Made by a program: the position numbers and the translations under genes. From the NCBI GenBank assembly GCA_964596675.1, contig CAZQUZ010000003.1:30198-94197 (forward strand): DNA of 64,000 bases, read 5' to 3'. This DNA comes from an uncultured Candidatus Peribacteria bacterium (lineage in GTDB: Bacteria; Patescibacteriota; Gracilibacteria; BD1-5; UBA2023). This document shows positions 56,843-64,000 of the stretch, piece by piece; within the stretch, counting starts at the first letter, position 1, and the number at the start of each line of letters is the position of its first letter. The notes under the pieces were generated by a model, which saw only the letters and a program-made list of their open reading frames with translations, was not told the origin of the DNA and did no database searches.

Positions 56843-56931
56843 AAACTGCTCGTATCGGATTTCTCCTCTTTTGAATCAGTTTTTGTATCGGGGATATCCT
56901 CTGAATACTCTGACTCTATAGTATAGCGTAT

Positions 56932-58332
56932 GTGATTATTCTTTTAGGATTAACTGGGAGTTTATGGTTAAGATATTATAGATATATCATCATTGTGTTT
57001 GTATGTGGTATTATCTGAGGATTCGCCCTCGGACACCATGAAGATATTACCCATAAAAATACACTCAATCATCTCATAGAACTCACCGAAAATTTCGAGA
57101 AAAAAGCCGAAATCACACTCACTATAGATAAGATACTTTACACAAAGGAAAGAACAAAAACATATAAAGCATATATCGACAACTTCGACACATTCGACAA
57201 CTTCGACAAATGAAATAAAACATGAGAAAGCTATTACTATAATGGTATAGAAAGACTTTCTGTATTTGTCGAAGTTCCAGAAAATTTGGCGATCTATAAT
57301 GGCGATATACTTCGATTTCGTACAAATATCGAACCCACTCTCCGATTTCCTCTCACAGATTTTGAAAGGTATGCATACTTTCATGGATGATATGGTCGTA
57401 TATTTCTGACGAATTTCGAAAAGATACATACATGAAGAAAGTGATACATATATTTCATGCAAGAAAGATGGAAATGATTATTTGAATCATATTTCCCGAG
57501 AGATGTAGCATGAACACTTCTCGGTATGACGATAGGTTCTATAGAGCTTATCGAGAGTGGGCTTAAAAAAGCATTTATCGAGAGTGGAACATCCCACATA
57601 TTAGTCGTCAGTGGTGCAAATATTGCGTTTCTTATTATCTTGGTATCATTCTTCATGAAGTATCTACCATTATCGAGAATATGACGTAATGGTATTATTA
57701 TTTCTATCGTACTTTTTTATGGGACACTCGTATGATGGGAAGTTTCTGTGGTACGAGCTACCATTATGTGAATACTGAGCTACAGTATAGTCGAGTATGG
57801 TGGAAGCGGATCGAGTAAGTCGATACTCATACTCGCATGAATCATACTCATACTTTATGAGCCTCTCTCTCCCATCTATGATGCTGGTTTTGGTTTATCA
57901 TTTGGTGCTACGCTTGGCATTCTTTTATTCGAAAAACCTCTTTCGAATTATTTTTCACAGATACATACCCCGAAAGTTATCATATCACTCATAACCGTCA
58001 GTCTCTGAGCACTCTTTGGGAGTCTTCCGATCCTCATATATCATTTCGGAGAGATAGCACTTGGGTCCCTCGTAGCAAATATTCTCATCGGATGGGTACT
58101 CGGCTGGATCCTCTCTGCGAGTGTACTTTTTGCCACATTAGCATCTCTATCACACATAGGAGGGATACTCTCTGGTTGGCTCATCTACGTACCCACTCGT
58201 TATATTATCATGATTACTGATTGGTTCCAGTATGGATACCAGATATCGATTCCTGATGCTCTCAGGCCACATATAAGTCTATTTCTGCTCTGATATATCG
58301 TATTTTTCTTTTTAGAGAGTGAATTTGACTAG
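56932..58332 (+). CDS. comEC: competence protein ComEC/Rec2 (short form, no metallo-beta-lactamase domain)
   Basis: It has the competence-domain motif ESGTSHILVVSGANIAFL and many TM helices. The frame is open from lgt onward, and the GTG 56932 start is tentative. TAG stop at 58330-58332. Confidence 0.7.
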
Positions 58333-59057
58333 ATACCAAATAAATCTGTCTCTTCTATAGTCATAGCCTTTTTTAGATCTATATCGGCATTTTGGAGAAA
58401 TTTTTTGATGGTATTCTGATATTCTGATAGGATGAAGTCAGAGTATGTATCAGCTTGTTTTTTTTCTATGATAATATTCCTTGATGCGAGAAAAAATGAG
58501 AAAAAATGAGAAACAGCCGTATGAGAAATGTGTGAAAGTGGCGTCTCAAAAAGATTCAGTGTTTTTTGCTGAAGAATCACAGAGCTCTCATCTTGGAGAA
58601 GAAATAACTGGGAACTACTCATCCAGAGAGTCACCCACTCTCGTAACGATGGATGAAGTGTATCATTCGAAAAGACTATCTGTTCTTTATAGTGATGGAG
58701 CGAGGCATAGATAGTTGTATCGATATTTTTCTCGACTTTATGAAAAATCATATATGCTGATTCTGGATATACGAGTGCCATCAACGTAAGAATAAAGCGG
58801 GATGGATATCCATTCTGGAGGAGGAGTACCACATCAGGGATGAGTGACTCATAGAGAGGATTCTGGATAAAGCGTGAGAGGAGTATAAAGAGATCATCAT
58901 TATCCTGTTTTGCTTTTTTCTCATCTTTCTGTGTTTTTTGGAGTTGGGCTTGGGCTTTTTTCGAGGATTCTTTCTGTTTTTCACTTTTTTCGCTCGGTGC
59001 CTCAGAGGCATTCGATGCGAGTTCTCCACTATCGAGAGTGAGTTCTTCGAGAGACAT
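58329..59057 (-). CDS. hypothetical protein (242 aa)
   Basis: Intact ORF 3 nt downstream of glyA. It has an acidic/Lys-rich N-terminus. No motif recognised. Confidence 0.55.
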   Translation of the reverse strand: MSLEELTLDSGELASNASEAPSEKSEKQKESSKKAQAQLQKTQKDEKKAKQDNDDLFILLSRFIQNPLYESLIPDVVLLLQNGYPSRFILTLMALVYPESAYMIFHKVEKNIDTTIYASLHHYKEQIVFSNDTLHPSLREWVTLWMSSSQLFLLQDESSVILQQKTLNLFETPLSHISHTAVSHFFSFFLASRNIIIEKKQADTYSDFILSEYQNTIKKFLQNADIDLKKAMTIEETDLFGI

Positions 59058-59060
59058 AGA

Positions 59061-60350
59061 CTAGAGTGTAGTATGGATAAATGTATCTGGGATAGGAAAC
59101 TTATGAGCAAGGGAACGGATTTCTTCACGGATTCGAGCCTTTATCATAGGATTATCTTTATTTTTTAGGGCTTCTATCATGAGCTCGGCTACAAGCGCAG
59201 AGTCATCCTCACGGAATCCTCGTGTCGTGATAGCAGGCGTACCGAATCGTATCCCTGATGGATCCAGGGGCTTACGAGTATCATCGGCGATAGAGTTCAT
59301 ATTTAGAGTGATGCCAACCTCATCGAGGACCGTCTGAGCCTCTTTACCTGTCACACCGAGTGATCCCCATACATCAGCGAGGAGGAGATGATTATCAGTA
59401 CCACCCGTGAGGAGACGGATATTATGCGCATGAAATACTTTTTCCATAGCTTTTGCATTTTTCAGTACCTGTAGGGAGTACTCCTGGAACTCTGGAGTGA
59501 GTGCCTCACCGAATGCGACGGCTTTCGCAGCGACTATATGCATATGTGGTCCTCACTGGAGTCCTGGGAATACAGATTTATCGACTTTTTTGGCGATTTC
59601 CTCACTCTCACGAACCAATATAAGTCCTCCACGAGGTCATCTGAGGGTCTTATGTGTAGTAGATGTGATGATATCAAATCCATAGTGAAATGGATTTTTC
59701 AGTGCTTTTCCAGCAATGAGTCAGGCGATATGCGCCATATCTGCCATCGTGATAGCACCAACTTCTTTCGCGATCTCGACGAACTTCGCATAATCGAGCT
59801 CTCTCGGATACGCAGAGAATCCCGCGAGGATGATCTTCGGCTTCGTCTCGTGTGCGACTCTACGGAGGTCTTCATAGTCGATCTCACCTGTTTCTGGGTC
59901 TTTCATCTTATATCGGACAAAGTTAAAAATCTTCGAAATATACGTCACAGGATGCCCGTGAGTGAGGTGTCCGCCATGCGAGAGATCCATCCCGAGGATG
60001 GTATCACCTGGCTCACAGAGAGCGAAATATGTAGCGATATTGGCTGGTGCACCAGAATGAGTTTGGACATTTGCATATTTCGCATCAAAGAGAGCACAGG
60101 CTCGCTCGATACAAAGTTCTTCTATCTTATCAGTAAACTCTTGGCCACCGTAGTAGCGACGATGTGGATATCACTCGGAGTATTTATTTGTAAAGACAGA
60201 GCCCATAGCCTCGTGACATGCACGAGAGACATAGTTTTCTGATGGGATGAGCTCGAGACCGTCAGATTCACGACCTTCTTCACCACGGATGAGTGTAGCA
60301 ATAGTCGGGTCCTGAGTCTCGAGAGATGGGAGATGTTGTGGGGTACTCAT
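59061..60350 (-). CDS. glyA: serine hydroxymethyltransferase
   Basis: 429 aa with SENYVS, KYSEGYP (Gly as TGA), [20 protein letters not shown] and LQGGPH. Confidence 0.95.
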
Positions 60351-60439
60351 AATAAGAAATGATAAGAAATATAAAAATGATTTCTTATTTCTAAATGAGT
60401 CCGAGATTTGGATTTAGGGTAAAAAACATAGGAAAAATG

Positions 60440-61699
60440 TTATTTTGTAAAGTCTTTTGATTTCATCTCTTCTATAAGGGTATCATGATTTATATTTGAT
60501 GATAAGAGTCTATCGATGATTTCTTTTGTATATTCGAGCTGTCTATCATATCGCGCTGTAAAATCTCTCTCAAAAATCGGGATCAATATATCAGGAGTGA
60601 TGCCATCATGATCGATATTTTTATCTTTTGGAGTATACCATTTCGCTATCGTTATCTTCATCATACTCCCATCAGACATAAGAAATGGCTCCTGTACAGA
60701 TCATTTTCCATACGTTTTCTCACCGACGATGATCGCTCTTTTATAGTCCTGAAACGCTCCTGCCATAATCTCTGTCGCAGATGCTGAGAGATTATTTACG
60801 AGCATAATAAGAGGGATTTCTGTATTAGTACTAGTTGTTTTATGTGTATAGAGTGGGAGATTTTTGGTTGGATCTGTTTCCTTCGTTGTTACAGCGAGAG
60901 TATTATCAGGGAGAAAATAGGAGAGGAGATTAACTGCTGTATCGAGGTATCCTCATCCATTATTTCGGAGGTCGAGGACGATTGCTTTGGCTCATGAGGC
61001 ATTTAGATTTTTGAGTGATGTTTCGAACTCTTCCGTCGTCCGCTCTCCGAAATATGCAACCTCTATATACCCTACATTCGAAAGACTACCAGTAAACATA
61101 CGTTCAGAAGTAGATGGTATCACTATAGTGTCTCGGATAACTGTAACATTTTGAGGATCTTTATTTTCTCATCTGATATACTCTATCACTACTTGTGATG
61201 CTTTTGGACCTCGAATCTTCTTCACTGCTTCTTCTGAAGTGAGTCATACGACAGACTCAGTATCAACCTTTGTGATAATATCTCCATCTTGAAGTCATGA
61301 TTTTTTCGCAGGTGAATCTGGAAAGACTTTTCGTATAATAATCCCTCGTATATGCTCATCTATTACAGCGCCTATACCCTCGAAATCACCACTTAAAACT
61401 TCTATAAATTCCTTTGCTTCTTTTGGTGGAAAATAAGAACTATGTTTATCTCCGAGTGATTCTACAAGAGCTGTTAACATCGCATTTTCTATATCAAGAG
61501 CTGGTTTTTCGGAAAATTTATAATACTTTTCCTGTATGAGTTTTTGAGCTTCTTGTATTTTTATTGATGTAAAAATATCATCTCCTATTTTTTGAGGAGT
61601 ATTTTTTATAAAAAAATTTGATACTGAAGCATATGATGAAAATATACTTCAAATAATGACGCCTAGAAAAATAAAAATATATGGTCGAAATACATTCAT
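60440..61699 (-). CDS. S41 family C-terminal processing peptidase
   Basis: 419 aa. It has an N-terminal TM helix, a PDZ domain (GIGAVID...[17 protein letters not shown]), DLRNNGGGYL, and [32 protein letters not shown]. Confidence 0.9.
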
Positions 61700-62028
61700 G
61701 GTATAAAAGTAACTGTAAAAAACTAATCCTCTATCTTAGATGGTTTTAGTGTAGGAAAAAATGGAATAAAAACAAATCAATATATTTCTATTTTTCACAA
61801 AAAATATAGTGTTAAAAATATATTATTTTTCTTACCTATATAGAATTACTTTGATTATAAATTATATACTATGTGTAAAAGTATTTCTCTATAATCTTTT
61901 TAGAAAATAAAAAATTCTTTTCTATCAAAATACTATTAATATTATTTGTTTTAAAAATTAAAAACCTTTTATAAAACCATGTATGGGAAAAATTTGTAAA
62001 AAACAAAAAAAAATATACAATTTCACCT

Positions 62029-62253
62029 ATGTTTGGTAGTGCATTTCTTACATCTAGAAACCATAAAGAAGTATTGTTAAAAGAAATAATACGAAAGCTT
62101 TCTATAACAGAATGAGAAAAAGACTTATATATACTTTCCCTTGAGGTTTTAGATGATACTGATTTTCATGAATTTTATCAAAAAATTACATCACAATTCC
62201 AAATTAAAACAGAAAACACCACTATAGAACCACTCAGCACTAATCTTATTTAG
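62029..62253 (+). CDS. small hypothetical protein (74 aa)
   Basis: Open under code 25 (one TGA). AT-rich. Confidence 0.35.
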
Positions 62254-62260
62254 ATATACT

Positions 62261-63622
62261 ATGCAATTTCAAGCGGTTTGTTCGAAATGAAATCAAAAAC
62301 TTACACTTTCTCTCTTTGCAAATAGTATAGATGAAGCGAGATGACTTTTGCATGGACAAGGATATTCTATCATGGAAATCCAGGAAGTATCAGCAAGTTC
62401 CCAAAAAACATCAGAAACAAATGCATGAAATTTCTTTTATTTTGATGCAATTATTAATGGTCTTACAAAATCAGGAAAAATACAATCTACTGACGTATTT
62501 AAGGCGTATAAAAAACTCGTCGATGATCTCTGATATAATATAGTATATATCTATACCACGGAAGGGATGAATGAGCAACAGAAGAAAGTTATTACAGCGA
62601 AAGTAAAAGATGGCTATACAATGTACCAGAGAAGTATGTGAATCGATCCAACAGAAAAGAAAATACAAACAGAAAAAGAGGTCGATATGGAAGAAATATC
62701 TCCACAAGTACTCAAAGAAATCGCTCATTATAACACTATTATTGATTCCACAGTAGAGAAAATACAAAACCTTTTCTTAAAATATCATAATACAATCACA
62801 CCAGAGAAGAAAATAGAGCTCGAAAATATAGAAAATGTCCTCGTCCAATGAAAATGAATGTCAAATCTCTGAAGAATGAAGATTCTCGTAGAAAATGCAC
62901 TTACTGTAGTATGAAAAGTAGAATCAGATCTTATAAAAGTAGGTACAAGTGGAGAGAAACAAAAAATTCTCGAAGAAACCAACTCACTTTTAAAACAAAT
63001 AGGATCATCGAATCGTATAGAGACGCATGATGATGCGACGAGTGATATTAAAAAAACGATGATGAGTTTTTTGAATTCATTCCAAAAAAAAGAAGTTTCA
63101 AAAGTAGAACAAAAAAAGAAGGTAGACACAAATTCATTCATTTTTTATAAAAATCTTCGAGAACTTAATATTTATAAATCAAACCTAAATAAAGTTGTAA
63201 TCGATATTATAAAATCTCTACTCAGTTTTGATTTTGCTTATACAAAAAGACTCCTCTTAAAAAAGAAACTTCTCGAACAGGATATACAGATTATTGATAA
63301 TCGTATTAATAATAGAAATATTTCATATTCAAAAATAGTAAAAGGAACTAAATATTATACAGATGGATTTCTTTCCATTTTTCAAAAAATAGGTGATATA
63401 TTTTTATATGGATTGTTTTTATATTCAGTTATTTTTTGTTTTGCCACATCCCTCAATACATTAGGATTTCTTTCTTTTAGTCTTGAAACACGATTCTTCC
63501 TTTTTATTACTATCTTCTCATTGATAGCGTTTCTTTTTTCATTTTTCAGAAGCATCCTTTCCTTTATCGTTCTTGGATGGATATTTCTCTTATCGTTTAT
63601 ATTCCTCTCTCTTAATTTTTAG
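62261..63622 (+). CDS. hypothetical protein with C-terminal multi-TM region (453 aa)
   Basis: One frame from ATG 62261 through about 9 TGA codons joins track ORF 63059-63622. The C-terminus is hydrophobic and Phe/Leu-rich. Confidence 0.5.
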
Positions 63623-63624
63623 TC

Positions 63625-64000
63625 ATGTATATCCTTATACTTGCTATACATGCTGTATTTATTTTTATTAGTCATATTCTTGAATATAGAATATTTGAGG
63701 GTATGTTTATAATCCTTTGTATATTTTTTTTATTTTACTTCTCACCTCTTTTTTTCTCAGATAGTTCTCTTAAAGAAGAATGAAAAATACAAGAAATATC
63801 ATTAAAGGAAAAATTATCACGATTTTCCCCTAAGGATTCACTCATTATTCCAGTTATTTTTCTCTATATCGCCCTCTATGGTTTTGTGTTTTCTATTTTT
63901 GGAAACATATATCCATTTATATCTCTTCATATAGGTATGGTGATATTTATATTTCTGATTTTTCTCGGCTATGGACTGTCTTTTTATTGGAAACATGATG
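63625..64000 (+). CDS. hypothetical membrane protein (3' end outside window)
   Basis: ATG lies 3 nt after the upstream stop. The translation is hydrophobic (MYILILAIHAVFIFISHIL...). Confidence 0.4.

Noticed and set aside
60351-60439. Inverted repeat ATAAGAAAT...ATTTCTTAT between ctp and glyA, considered as a regulatory element.
   Set aside because: It is most simply the AT-rich terminator hairpin of the upstream S41 protease gene, and nothing else distinguishes it.

Overview
This is a 64 kb chromosomal segment from a bacterium that reads TGA as glycine (translation table 25, used by Gracilibacteria and Absconditabacteria/SR1 in the CPR/Patescibacteria). The supplied standard-code ORF track is therefore fragmented. 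When in-frame TGA is read through, the window resolves into about 60 intact genes. Core content: a MacB-type ABC exporter, an OmpR/HisKA two-component system, rRNA methyltransferases (RumA-like, rlmH, rsmE), sanA, proS, pyrG, fusA, era, typA, rpmE, an rpsU-like gene, glyA, rny, sufC-sufB plus a detached short sufD-like gene, an lgt-like gene, comEC, an S41 protease, a 965-aa SLH-domain S-layer protein, and four tRNAs (Leu-CAG, Leu-TAG, Tyr-GTA, Thr-TGT). Unusual content: (i) a T4SS-like module at 14.7-21.6 kb, in which two paralogous ~808-aa VirD4/TraG-like ATPases flank one gene encoding three tandem VirB2/TrbC-like pilin hairpins. (ii) An orphan island of about 10 kb (28.9-39.1 kb) that looks AT-rich by eye. 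Its core is an operon of a 1292-aa and a 714-aa protein with glycine-zipper membrane segments and very high TGA-Gly usage. (iii) A 366-bp GIY-YIG nuclease cassette bounded by hairpin-forming inverted repeats, inserted between sufC and sufB, with a cargo-less copy of the same repeat pair at 53.9 kb. (iv) Several candidate structured non-coding RNAs: one 5' of tRNA-Leu, one with a tRNA-like end at 46.07 kb, a promoter-to-terminator unit at 8.7 kb, and a pyrG leader. I saw no CRISPR array, rRNA gene, integrase or transposase. Merged CDS coordinates come from manual code-25 translation. Functions are assigned by motif recognition, not by database search. GC statements are by eye, not computed.
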